Of a stretch of 64,000 nucleotides of DNA, positions 1-16,553 are shown piece after piece. Under the pieces are notes generated by a model, which saw only the letters and a list, made by a program, of their open reading frames with translations, had not been told where the DNA came from and did not search any database. This DNA comes from the human T2T-CHM13v2.0 reference genome, Homo sapiens: NCBI RefSeq assembly GCF_009914755.1, contig NC_060934.1; one strand, given 5' to 3'. The position numbers were made by a program, and so were the translations under genes. The stretch's first letter is position 1; every line of letters begins with the position of its first letter.

Positions 1-405
<405 letters not shown>

Positions 406-1272
406 TCCGCCCTCTGTCTTAAGAGACTGCGTTTACTAGGAAATACCCTGCCTACCTTAGGAATAAATGCAACGCAAAGGAAAAAATAGAGCTGAAAAAG
501 CTGGTGCCATTTTTAAAAAAAGGAAGAAATGAGATTTAACTGGTGCTCAAAGCTTCTGATACAAAATATGTGGTCATGTATTCATAATTTGCTTGACATT
601 TCCAGCAAAACAAAGATGGCAATAACAAAAGAAACTTCTTACAAGAGAAGAGAAAGACACTCGGAGCTCCGGAGTTTCTGCTGGAACAAGGCTCTTCCGT
701 TTTGGTTATATACAGTCAAGTTCATTTAGTGCCTGATCCAGTGTCTGATATAAGCCCGCGCTCTCTTCTTTGGCCTGGGCAAATTTCTCTTCCAGGTCAT
801 CAGTTGTCTTTTCCAGTTTTGCAACCATTATCTCTACAAATTCAGCACGGATCTCAGCCTCCTTCAGTTGTCAGACAGAAGTTTAATTTTTTCTTCGTAT
901 TTGTCCTCCTTGTCAGAATACTTTCCAATGCAGCCTCCGGCGGTTTCAGATTGTTAGTGACATTCTTGAGTTCTTCTGCCAGGTCACCACATTTTAGTTC
1001 AGACACCTCTGCACGCTCCTCTGCTCTGGCCAGTTCGCCCTCCGTGATGGCCAGTTTCCGAGCTACCTCCTCTTATTTGCGGTCAGCCTCCGGCCGCAGT
1101 GTGCTTGGCCTCTTTGAGCTGCATCTCCCGAATCCATCTTCTCCTCATCCCTCATAGCCCGGTTTTCTATCACCTTCATTCTCTCTCACGCTCATCTGCA
1201 GCCTTTTCCCCCCTCCTCTAGCTTCTGCAGGGCCGTGACCAGTCGTTCCCGAGCCCCGTCCAACTCCTCCTT

Positions 1273-1359
1273 AAAGAGCTGGATGCACATGTACCCTAAA
1301 ACTTAAAGTATAATAATAATAATAAAAAAAGAAAAAAAAAAAAAAAAAGAGCTGGATGC
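1273..1359 (+). mobile_element. Ultra-truncated L1 (L1PA-type 3' end) with poly(A) and 14-bp TSD
   Basis: ACATGTACCCTAAAACTTAAAGTATAAT plus A-rich tail, flanked by AAAGAGCTGGATGC at 1273-1286 and 1346-1359; TT/AAAG target site. Confidence 0.9.
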
Positions 1360-1389
1360 GTCAGTTGAGGACAGCCACATTGCCTTCAG

Positions 1390-1670
1390 CTTTCTCGCGC
1401 CGCTCGCTCGCGCCCCCCGCTCGCGCCCCCAGTCCAGCTGCCGCTGCAGGCCCTGCGCGCAGTCTTCGCCTTGTCCGCCTGCTGCGGCAGGGCCTGAATC
1501 TTGCGTTTCACCGCCTGCGGCGGGCGCCCCGGACCCGGCCGGGTTCGGACGACAGCTGCACGGCCGCGCCTCGGCCCCTGAACTTTTGCCTGCACCGGGG
1601 CCGCCCCGCACCCCCCGCCAACCCCCAGCCCCGGCCCGGCTGCCGTCGGGGCGATGAGGTCACCCGCCCT
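1390..1670. promoter_or_regulatory. CpG-island-like segment (5' end of the TPM4 retrocopy)
   Basis: Very GC-rich and CpG-dense, with a GC box (GGGGCGG on minus); sharp contrast with the flanks. Confidence 0.6.
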
Positions 1671-1845
1671 TGCACGATATCTGTTGATTTGGGGATTTGT
1701 TCCTACTGACTATAGGAGTCAATTTTCTTGGGTTTTTCAGGCACGACGATAGCAACTAAAGTTTTTGCTTCCATCTTTTAAATGTTTTATTTCTTGTTAC
1801 TTTTTTCTGATTCCAGTTGAACTATACTGTAATGGTAAATAGCCT

Positions 1846-2190
1846 TGTTATTTATTTATTTATTTATTTATTTTATTTTATTTTATTTTTTTACGACACG
1901 GGGTTTCACTCTGTCGCCCAGGCTGGAGTGCAAGTGGTGCCATCTTGGCTCACTGCAACCTTCACCTCCTGGGCTCAAGCGATCCTCCTACCTCAGTCTC
2001 CTGAGTAGCTGGGACTATAGGCGCGGGCCACCAAGCCCGGCTAAATTTTTTTTTTTTTTTTTTTTTTTTTTTGGGATTTTTAGTGGAGACAGGGTTTCGC
2101 CATGTTGGCCAGGCTGTCTAAAACTCCTGACCTTAGGTGATCCGCCTGCCACCGCCTCCCGAAGTGCTGGGATTACAGGTGTAAGCCAGC
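1846..2190 (-). mobile_element. AluJ with (TTTA)n tail
   Basis: Reverse Alu consensus. Confidence 0.9.
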
Positions 2191-2539
2191 CTCATCTTAT
2201 TCTCAATATTAATGAGAATGTTTCCAGTCTTTCACCAAAAAGCACAATTTGGGAGATGTGTTTTCATTGACTTAAGAGAAATTCATCTATTTCTATTTTA
2301 CTAAGGGTTAGAAAAATCAAGAATGGATGTCAAATATTCTTAAAAGCATTTTCTGTACAAATGAGATTATCATGTAATGTCAAAATTGTATTTGTACAAT
2401 TTTGCATAATCTGTATTTATGTAATTTTGTATAAATTGTATTTATACAAAATTGTATTTATATGCTCAGTTTTCTTAAGATGGATTTCCTGGTATTGCAC
2501 CACTGCTATGTTCCTGATTCCTGTGTTAGTGGTGTAGTT

Positions 2540-2818
2540 TTTTCTTTTTTTTTTGAAACGGAGTCTTGCTCTGTCGCCCAGGATCTTGGCTCACAGCAAC
2601 TGCCGCCTCCCGGGTTCAAGCGATTCTCCTGCCTCAGCCTTCCAACTAGCTGAGATTATAGGCATGTGCCACCATGTCCTGCTAATTTTTGTATTTTTAG
2701 TAGAGGAGGGGTTTCACCATGTTGGCCAGGCCGGTCTCGAATACCTGACCTTAGGTGATCCACCTGCCTCGGCTTCCCATAGTGCTGGGATTACAGGCGT
2801 GAGCCACCGTGCCCAGCC
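2540..2818 (-). mobile_element. AluS with small right-arm deletion
   Basis: Reverse Alu consensus. Confidence 0.9.
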
Positions 2819-3555
2819 AGTGGTATAGCATTTTTAATATGATGCCAGACCTATGCATCAATAGACTTTTGCATTGATATTTGTAAGTGAGATTGGCGGC
2901 TGTTTCTGTTTGCAGTATTTTGGTCAGGTTTGGCATCTTTTCTTCCTCCTCTATGCTTTGGAACTGTTTAAATGTAAAGCCCAAACCCTTAATCACTATG
3001 TAAGACTGACTACATCCCCAGTGTGCATGTAAACATTTTGGTAAATTCTATGTGCTTTACAAATGTTAACTGTCAGAGGCAGCAATATCCCAAATGTCGG
3101 AGTACAAGTGATCCTGAGAGGAGAGTATTAAGATTAAAGGAGGTGAGAGTTGCCTTGATTACCCTAGAGCTGCAGGTACCATTTCCATCTCTTGCCCCCT
3201 TTTTTAATGCACCATGAAAAATCAGATTTCCGTTCCTATGAGATTCTTATGAATGGAAATCAGGGCTCCCTTCATACATTTGAGATGAGAGTGGGAAGAG
3301 GCCTTGGAAGCCCCAAGTCAGCCTCCTCCATTCTAGGAAGACAGAGACACGGCCCCAGAGGTGACAGAATGGCCTGAAAGTGCACTGCATGACTGCGACA
3401 GATTTCAAACCCAGGCACGTTGCTCTGGCCTTATGTTCTTTCTGTGACTCTAACTGCCTCTCTTGCAGCAACAGAACTGAGAAACTTCTCAGAGGCCCCA
3501 GCAACGGACCCCAGCACCCCTTCTATCTCAGTCAGATTTCCCAGGCTCATCTCAC

Positions 3556-3729
3556 CTTAGGGATGGTGCACTGTCTGAATAGGCCCTGGGCCACAGCACT
3601 GGGCAGAGTAGAAGGAAGGAGAGTGATTTATCATTGTATCTCATGCAGGCTGGCCCAGCTTCGTCTTGTCCTTCACGGAGCAGCTTTGATTGCATCCAAT
3701 CACATGATCAATTTCTTCATGAACTTTGT
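3556..3729 (-). pseudogene. CYP2C23P: CYP2C pseudogene exon 7 (K-helix region)
   Basis: cag|..KVHEEIDHVIGCNQSCSVKDKTKL..SLHEIQ**ITLLPSTLPSAV..FRQCTIPK|gtgag. Matches the CYP2C exon 7 pattern, with in-frame stops destroying ExxR and small deletions. Confidence 0.88.
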
Positions 3730-3818
3730 CTGCAGAGACATGAATCATGAATGTGACTTGGAAATGCTCTGGAAGTGCTCGCAATGTGTGACAGAAAGTG
3801 GCCTAGAAAAGGATCCCA

Positions 3819-4073
3819 GGAGGCCGAGGCGGACGGACCACTTGAGCCCAGGAGTTCGAGACCAGCCTGGGCAACATAGGGAGACCCCCATATCTACAAA
3901 AAACACACAAAAAATTAGCTGGGCATGGTGGCACACATCTGTAGTCCCAGCTACCAGGGAGACTGAGGTGGGAAGATCACTTGAGCCCAGGGAGGTCAAG
4001 GCTGCGGTAAACCATGATCACGCCACTGCACTCCAGCCTGGGCAAGTGAGACCCCGCCTCAAAATAAAATAAA
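3819..4073 (+). mobile_element. 5'-truncated AluJ
   Basis: Alu consensus with AAAAT tail. Confidence 0.88.
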
Positions 4074-5269
4074 AGGCTCCTAAGGTCAAAGACATGTTGT
4101 TAAGCAACCCATTGCTCTGCTCCTGATGGAATTCCTGTTGTCTATTTTGCTGCAAATACCAGGGACTTTGTTGCAGGAAAAATGAAGACTGGGTCAGGTG
4201 TGTCCTCAGCCTCCTGGCTTAATTGGTTTGTTCTCCTGCAGAGGCGAGGAGAGGACCTGGGTAGCGGGGATTCTGACTTATTCCACATTACCTGGCAATG
4301 CAGCTGTTGAGGGGAAGTGTTTAATCCTCACTCTAGTGGGGCCATCTTCCTTGTCAGCTTCACCCACTCTCCTGCATGTTTTGTGGAAATGGCAAACACC
4401 ATTTTGTTGAGCAATACAAACACTGGCTTCCTACAGCCGGATCTCTGAGAATGTGCTTGAGATAATCCAGTGACTACAATTTCATTTTTGAATTTCAATT
4501 CAAAATTATATCAGAGGTAAGAGTCCCCTTTGGGGAGTTTGGTCCATTTTCAAAGTGGGAAAATAGAAGTATGCAAGATGAAATAACTTGCTTGAGGTCA
4601 CACAGTCAAGTACTGGCAGGCCGGGGATGAGAAGCCAGCATGGAACCCATGTGTCCTCCATTCCATTAGGGCTCACTCTTGGGCAAGCATCTCATATATA
4701 AAATTTGGGGTTCAGAAGCTCCTCTCCATTTTTAAACTGAAACGAAAAGCTTTGAGTTCTTAAAGGCCTCTCTGCTTATCAGCATCATTAGACATAATTC
4801 TGATCTATAAAAGCAAAACCACAATGAATGGCCCTTTGCATGATGTTCTACGAAGCAGCCAAGAGAAAATGAAGCATCAGGTGGAAGCTAGACTTGACAT
4901 GAAACCACATCTATGTCTAACTTTTCCCTCTTCCTGTTCTGTTTCTTTCATCCACATACATACAAGTTTCTCCTGATTGCATTGCCTTGATAAATCACTC
5001 ATACAAATGCCTGTTTTAGGCTCTGCAACTAGGAAACCTGCTCTAAAACGACTCCTAGCTGCTCTCTCTGAATCCACGGTTGATGGCTACAATCTGTCCT
5101 CCACATCACAAATATGATCATTCTCTACAGGCTTAGACCCTGGAAATAATTTCCATTGCTATTGGGATAAAGAGGAAACATTGCTATGGCCTCCCAGGTC
5201 TTTGGCAGAGGTCTGGCTACTGACCTCCCGCTGCCGTGGCCTTGGTCACGCCGGCTTTCTTTCTCCCCC

Positions 5270-6187
<918 letters not shown>

Positions 6188-6943
6188 TAATTTGTAGGGT
6201 ATTATCTGACTCATGATTTTATTCCCTTTACCAAGCAAGTCTGATACACAATGGATGCTAAATAAAAATTTTGAAGGATTAAATAAACAACCTGGCTATT
6301 ACGTTTTATTTTCCTCCTTCCCAGATACACATCTAGCCTTCTGAGAGTCCATCAGAATGAATAGGACATTTTCACATACCTCCTCAGTAAGTAGAATGAT
6401 TTTAAATGCCTTAACTGATTCCAAGGAAATCTGTGAGAAGTAACTGCAAAATCATGGCAACATTTCTGCCTTAGACAGAGTTTCTAAAGGAACCAGCCCT
6501 CCGGGAGCTTAAGGGTAAACAGGTTATTATGAATTAAATGTTTGCTATAATTTGCATATATATGATATAGTTGAGTGGTAGTTTTCTTTCATTTATGTAT
6601 ATTTGGGGGAACTTTATATAAATAATGCTAATTTTACAGAGCTCAAAGTATAATTTTCAGATTCTGAGTTGTTATATGTGTTTATACATTGACATGTTTT
6701 TCTTCTGTCCAGCTGACATTTAATGCTCAATTGTATTCTAAGGACCGGTGACTGTGCTATAGTTGTTGTTCAACACATTTAACAACACCCACGATTAATG
6801 TATAATACATTTGCTTTAGAATTCTTTATCCAGGGCCAATTTCAAACAACAAAATTGTTTCTATGTGAAAACATAATCAACTTTTTATAATGTATTGATC
6901 TATGACATGCTCTCTGGGAAGGCATTGTGGCTAAAGTGGCTAT

Positions 6944-7153
6944 GGCCTGGCACAGTGGCTCACGCCTAAAATCCCAGCACTCTGGGAGGCCAAGGCAGGT
7001 GGTGCCTATAATCCCAGCTACTCAGGAGGCTGAAGAAGGAGAATTGCTTGAACCTGGGAGGCGGAGGTTGCAGTGAGCCAAGTTCATACACCTGCATTCC
7101 AGCCTGGACAACAGAGCAAGACCCCATCTCACCAAAAAAAAAAAAAAAAAAAA
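6944..7153 (+). mobile_element. Alu with internal deletion (left-arm start fused to right arm)
   Basis: ...GGCCAAGGCAGGTGG|TGCCTATAATCCCAGCTACTC... skips the B-box and linker. Confidence 0.85.
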
Positions 7154-7236
7154 GAGTTTACTTTACTTTTCTTTTTTTTTTTTTTTTAGCAGCTCCTTGT
7201 GGAGCATGGCTAACTCATAAGTACTATGTCCAGAGT

Positions 7237-7376
7237 TGGCCTTAACATTTTCATTCAACAAACCCATCAGGGAGAGGAATGTCTCATTCTTGTACTGGAA
7301 ACACTCCTTGAAGAGGAAGGAGCAGGTAAATTGCAGGGAGCAGAGGCAAGGATGAACGTGGAGTCAAAAGGCTGAG
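7237..7376 (-). pseudogene. CYP2C23P: CYP2C pseudogene exon 4 (3' end disrupted)
   Basis: QPFDSTFILASAPCNL/fs/CSFLFKECFQYKNETFLSLMGLLNENVK, similar to CYP2C [22 protein letters not shown]...LNENI. The acceptor reads CGG instead of CAG. Confidence 0.9.
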
Positions 7377-7729
7377 CCGATGTGAGAAAATAGCAGCCCC
7401 CACATTTAGAATTTAATCATCTTGCATCAGGATTTGAAGACCTGGGCTTCCCTCCTGTCAGATTTATATAGAGTTCATTTTCGTCTAAACTTCTCCAACC
7501 TAGGATGTAATAATAAATATAGTAGCAGTACTATATTATAGCATAGGATACCAATTGCTGTGTAGTATTATACTATACTGCTAATAACATATATGGATGC
7601 GATAATAGTAATCATAGCAACAAGTAATATTACGGAGCATTGATGATATGTTGGATACTGTGTAAATGTTTTAAATACTGTATTATTTCATCTTCATTCT
7701 GAGGTTTGGTTTTTAGCCCCTCATTTTTA

Positions 7730-8502
<773 letters not shown>

Positions 8503-8754
8503 TTAGTTTGTCCAAATTTACACATCTGGTAAGTGCCGAAGTTGGGAAATGAATCCAGACAAAAGGATTCCAGGGTTAGGGTTACAAATAGCTTTGGAGA
8601 TCATCTTCCTCCCATCCCTTTACTCCTTGCTCCCTCCGTGATGGAGAGAGCAGATCTTGGGTAATCATAGAGTCACTTCCCAGGGAGGAGTGTGGACGGG
8701 GCAGTGTGTGTAAGAAGTCCCCGTGCCCCCAAGGGCACGGTCAAGGGAATTCTC

Positions 8755-8903
8755 CCTCTGCTTTTCTGAGCTCCTCCACCAGGCCCTGGGCTCCCTCCTG
8801 CACCCTCTCCTCAATGTTTTTCTTCCCATCCCAAAGTTGCTCAGGATCATAAGGGAGAAGCGTTATGTTTGTTTCCACTTCTCTCCATTACTGAAAAACA
8901 GCC
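8755..8903 (-). pseudogene. CYP2C23P: CYP2C pseudogene exon 3
   Basis: tag|GLFFSNGEKWKQT*RFSLMILSNFGMGRK/fs/NIEERVQEGAQGLVEELRKAE. Length 149 nt (CYP2C exon 3 is 150), stop at 8863-8865, donor GA instead of GT. Confidence 0.93.
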
Positions 8904-9582
8904 CTAGGAGAGAAGCAATGAGCAAAAAAGTACTTTGTATCATAGAGCTCAGCTTTCCCTCAAGTTTCCAGTGCCCCTTACCAGGGATTAAGAGCTGGGA
9001 ATTTAACAGCGGATCTGTGGTTTGGGTTGAAATGTTTGTTATAAAGAAAATAAAATCCAAGTTCTGGTCAAAGGAGGCAGAAAAGGTGGAACTGGACAAG
9101 GGGGATGGTTGGCAGGTAGAGAAAATTCCCAAGAAAGGAAGGGTCCTCTGTCTGGTTTTGTTAAAACAAAACAAAACAAAACAAAACAAAAAAAAGTCAA
9201 AAATGGTATATGATCTCACAAACCCACTTCCTGGGTTGGCTGGCTGGCTGGTTGGTTGGTTGGTTGGTTTGTCTCTTTCTTTCTTTCTTTTTCTTTCTCT
9301 TTTTTTTTTTTAACCTTTAATCTCTTTCTAACTTCTGCTTTAGTTCAGTTCTATATGTGATTTTTCTCTATTAGAGGATAAACAACTTCAAAGCAAATCA
9401 ATATGGGGTTTATGTTTCTATTGTCCTCAGAATTTACTATAGCTAATGTTAGCCTCATCTGAATAAGAAGAAACAGTGGAGCAACGGAACCCAGGATGTT
9501 TCATACCAATGCTTACTTCTTCCTTTGAACAATATATCCTAAATTTCCTATTTCTCTTTTTTTCTTTCTTTTAAAATTGTAA

Positions 9583-9892
<310 letters not shown>

Positions 9893-10603
9893 CTCCTATT
9901 TCTCTTAATGCACCATCAATGTCTAGAGCTCCCAAATCCAAATCTTAGGGGCATCTTCTCATCCTTCTTGCCCTTCACTTTACGTATCTGCTTTTGCTAA
10001 GCCTTATTGATTGACTCCATCTCCAAAATGTCATTCTCATCTTTCCCTTCCTGCCAATCCATACTGCACCACTATACTTCAGGTTCTAACATTTTCAGAA
10101 ATCTAAAAAGTTACACTTGTCTCAGACTAGTTTCCTCTATCGGCCCTCTAACTCCACAGAGTTGCCAGATTACTGAAAACCAAATTACAAGGACAACACT
10201 GATGTCTTTAAAATCTCAGCCTTTCCGCCATTACTGCATGTCCCTCAACTCCCACTCTGTGCGTGATGGGCCAAGCATAGCTGTTCACTAAAATCCACGC
10301 TGTTTTGCGTCCTCATTTTGCTCATTCTTTCCCTTGTGCTTACAGTTGTGCTCCTGCTCTTTTTGCTTCTTTGAGTTTCTAACTATCACTTTAAGAGCCG
10401 TCTCAAAAACCTTCTCTTTGAAGTCTTTCCTGTACTTCTGTACTGGAGGTAATCTCTCCTTTAACTTTACTTTGTAATGCTTTAATGCAATTTATATTTT
10501 CTCTCTTGTTTTCATCATTTGTTTACTTGCGCAATTCCTTATTCTAGATTTTGGTGTCCTATAACTTAGAATGAGGTTACAGGATTGGATACAGGTTAAA
10601 GGA

Positions 10604-10641
10604 TATCATGTGTCACAGGATATTTCCTGTGACACATGATA
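10604..10641. repeat. Perfect 17-bp inverted repeat, 4-nt spacer
   Basis: TATCATGTGTCACAGGA-tatt-TCCTGTGACACATGATA. Confidence 0.95.
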
Positions 10642-10671
10642 GTCTCTTACCTTCCACATGGAAGATGTTCA

Positions 10672-10986
<315 letters not shown>

Positions 10987-11116
10987 TCACTTTGCATATC
11001 GCTATATATTTTGGAAATGATTTTGGAAATTAAAGCAACATTTACAGCAAAAACCATTAAAATTATCTTTGATCCATTAATTGCTGTCTTAAGAATTTAT
11101 ACAAATAAATAATTCA

Positions 11117-11421
<305 letters not shown>

Positions 11422-11449
11422 TCAACAAAAGATATAAGATGTACACTAC

Positions 11450-12393
11450 AATGCTATTATCAATCAAGGAAAATGACTGAGGCAAGTCTCAAATCATTTT
11501 AGCAGGTTTATTTGCCCAAGGACGTGTGCGCAGGAGACAGGTCTATGCCTTTCTCCAAAGATGATTTTGAGGGCTTCAGTATTTAAAAGGGAAAGAGCAC
11601 TGTATTAGTCTGTTTCACACTGCTATAAACAACTACCTGAGACTGGGTAATTTATAAAGAAAAGAGGTTTAATTGACTCACAGTTCCAGACAGCAGGGGA
11701 GGCCTCAGGAAACTTACAATCATGGTAGAAGGCGAAGGGGAATCAAGGCACATCTTACATAGTGGTAGGAGAGAGAGAGAGAGCAAAAGGGGAAGTGCCA
11801 TACTTTTAAACCATCAGGTCTTGTGAGAACTCACTCACTATCACAAGAACAGCAAGGGGGAAATTCGCCCCCATGATCCAATCACCTCCCACCAGGCCCC
11901 TCCCCTAACATGTGTTACAATTTGACATAAGATTTGGGTGGGGACACAGAGCCAAACCACATCAGGTGGGATATTCAGAAATACACAATTTTCATGTAAG
12001 GGAGGACAGCGGAAAATAGTCATTCATGCGTTCGTCTGGCTCAGTGGAACTGTATTTTTACATAAGATAATGTAGACAGCAGGTCAGAGGAGACAATCAG
12101 ATATGCATTTGTCTCAGGTGGGCACAGGGATGATTTGAGTTCTGTCCTGTGTCTCCCATCTGTGAAGATAAGCTATCAATTTGCATTGCCATGGTGAACT
12201 TTAACAGAAACGCTTTAGGGTAAAGACCTTGGGACCCATAAGGAATTTCCTTGTGGGCAGAGTGTGAAGGAGGTATGTAGCTGTTCATCTTTGTAGCCAT
12301 CTTATTTAGGAACCAAAATGGGAGGCAGTTCCCAGCTTGACTTTTCCCTTTGGCTTAGTGAGTTTGGGGTCCCAAGATTTATTTTCCTTTCAC
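11450..12393 (-). mobile_element. ERV1 MER4-like solo LTR interrupted by an MSTA/THE1-type MaLR LTR (11601-11964)
   Basis: MER4-like ends (..GATTTATTTTCCTTTCACA); inner TGTATTAGTCTG..ACTGGGTAATTTATAAAGAAAAGAGGTTTAATTG..GGGGACACAGAGCCAAACCACATCA. Confidence 0.75.
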
Positions 12394-12481
12394 ACCATCA
12401 ATACTAATTTAAGAAATCTGTGTACAATCTAAGTTCTAATAATTGGGTAATAGTTTGCATAATTATAATAAACCAATATTA

Positions 12482-14030
<1,549 letters not shown>

Positions 14031-14535
14031 TAAATATTTAAAACAGAGGAAACTCAATCCAGGGAATTGGCATAAAGGAGATGGAAACACTGAGAGGCCA
14101 CACCAGGGCAGCAAGCCAACCTGGTGATTATTAGCAGCAGAAAGTGGCTACCACCTCCCAGTGGAGGCACAAAAGGAGGAGTTGGCATCCTTGGAGCTCT
14201 TGGTTACCTGACAAGAGCCAGAACCAAAGCAGGTCTGTCCTGAAGGAGCTGGAGCTGCAGGGGACATACAGCCTAGGGGGAGATGCTAGCCCTGGCCTCC
14301 TCTCTCCTCCACTCCCCACTCTCTTGCCATTGCCTCCCTTTGGCTGATTCTACCAAAAGGCAGCTGTTAAAGAACTGTGGGAAGTCCAGCCTGCAGCACC
14401 CTAAAACTGTTGAATAAATAGGGCCCATGACAGACAGGAGAGAAAGAGAAATGGTTCTCAGGTCAGCACAGAGAAAAATGGATCATTCCTGAGGGAGAAG
14501 GCATTACCCAAGAGGTCAGATTCTCAGGCAGGTGA

Positions 14536-15018
<483 letters not shown>

Positions 15019-15284
15019 TGATTCAATGGCTCTGAGAGTGTAAGTGCATAATTGGGGGTTAGTAGGAGAAATAAGGAGTCTCCGAGAGTAGAAAAGTGAG
15101 CAAAATCAAGGAACTAACCGAGCTGATCAAGACACTAGTCGAGGTCTGCAGGTATAAATGTAAAGGGAAGCTGGTCTAATTCTTGTGAGAATTTCCCTGG
15201 AAGTGCTCATTTTCTGAGCACAAACACAGAGAAGACAGGTGGTTGAATTCTTCCGGGGTTGGAGTATATGCCAGGCAAATATGA

Positions 15285-15668
<384 letters not shown>

Positions 15669-16251
15669 TGATGCCCTTTGTCCAGCTTATTAAGCCTTTT
15701 TGCCCCATAGGGCAAGTAGGAGAGACGACTCCGCCTGGAATCAGGGGAGTTCCAGCAGTGGCCACTCTTCTTCCCCAGCAAGCACCATGGCAAGCCTCTC
15801 AAGGTTGTCCCTGATCGTCCCTGTGGGAGTCTGGTAGTGGGCCCAGAGGAAAGGGCTGCGAGAGGAGATAAGCCTCTTCTGTTTCCTTAGGTTTGCTCGC
15901 CCGCCTAGGACTTCACATATTCTTGCCAGCCCTCACTTGGCCATTAGCAATTCATGAAACATTTCTAGTTGAATCACCTTATACTGTGCGAGAGTGCTAT
16001 TTGTCCCAGGCCAGCACGTGTTCCAGCCCTGTGTCGCCTGTCTTTCCTAGCTTTCGGGTAACACCTTTCCCTGAACCCTCAGTTCTCTGATGAATTCAAG
16101 AAAAGTTAATTTACTGTTGAGGTGTTTTTTTTTTTTTTTTCTTATACGGGTAGAGCAATGCTTTTCTAGCTTTTTACTTCTCCAAGCTAAAACTGGAAGT
16201 CCTCAAATTATATTTATTGTAACACTCATAAATATTAAAGGTTTTGTGCCT

Positions 16252-16553
16252 GAGCTGGGTGCAGTGGCTCATGCCTGTAATCCCAACACTCTGTGAGGTT
16301 GAGGTGGGAGGATAGCCTGATGCCAGGAGTTTGAGACCAGCCTCAGCAATATAGTGAGACACTATCTCTAGAAATAAAAATAAAAAATTAGCCAGGTGTG
16401 GTGGCACATGCTTATAGTCCCAGCTACCCAGGAGGCTGAGTTGGGAGCGTGGCTTGAGGCCAGGAGGTCAGGGCCTCAGTGAACCATGAATGCACCACTG
16501 CAGCAGGGGGCAGCAGAGCAAGACCCCATCCCAAAGGACAAAACAAAACAAAG
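16252..16553 (+). mobile_element. AluJ
   Basis: Diverged Alu consensus. Confidence 0.85.

Noticed and set aside
702-1709. Plus-strand ORFs of 151 aa and 117 aa
   Set aside because: Antisense shadows of the TPM4 coiled-coil and GC-rich retrocopy; no independent coding evidence
3380-4072. 230-aa plus-strand ORF
   Set aside because: Non-ATG start, antisense to CYP exon 7, and runs into an Alu
5110-5190. Minus-strand LFPGSK / NYFQG resembling CYP2C exon 5 (DYFPG)
   Set aside because: Similarity does not extend and no splice sites fit; insufficient to call an exon
8723-9313. 196-aa plus-strand ORF
   Set aside because: Antisense to CYP exon 3 plus microsatellites; no recognisable domain
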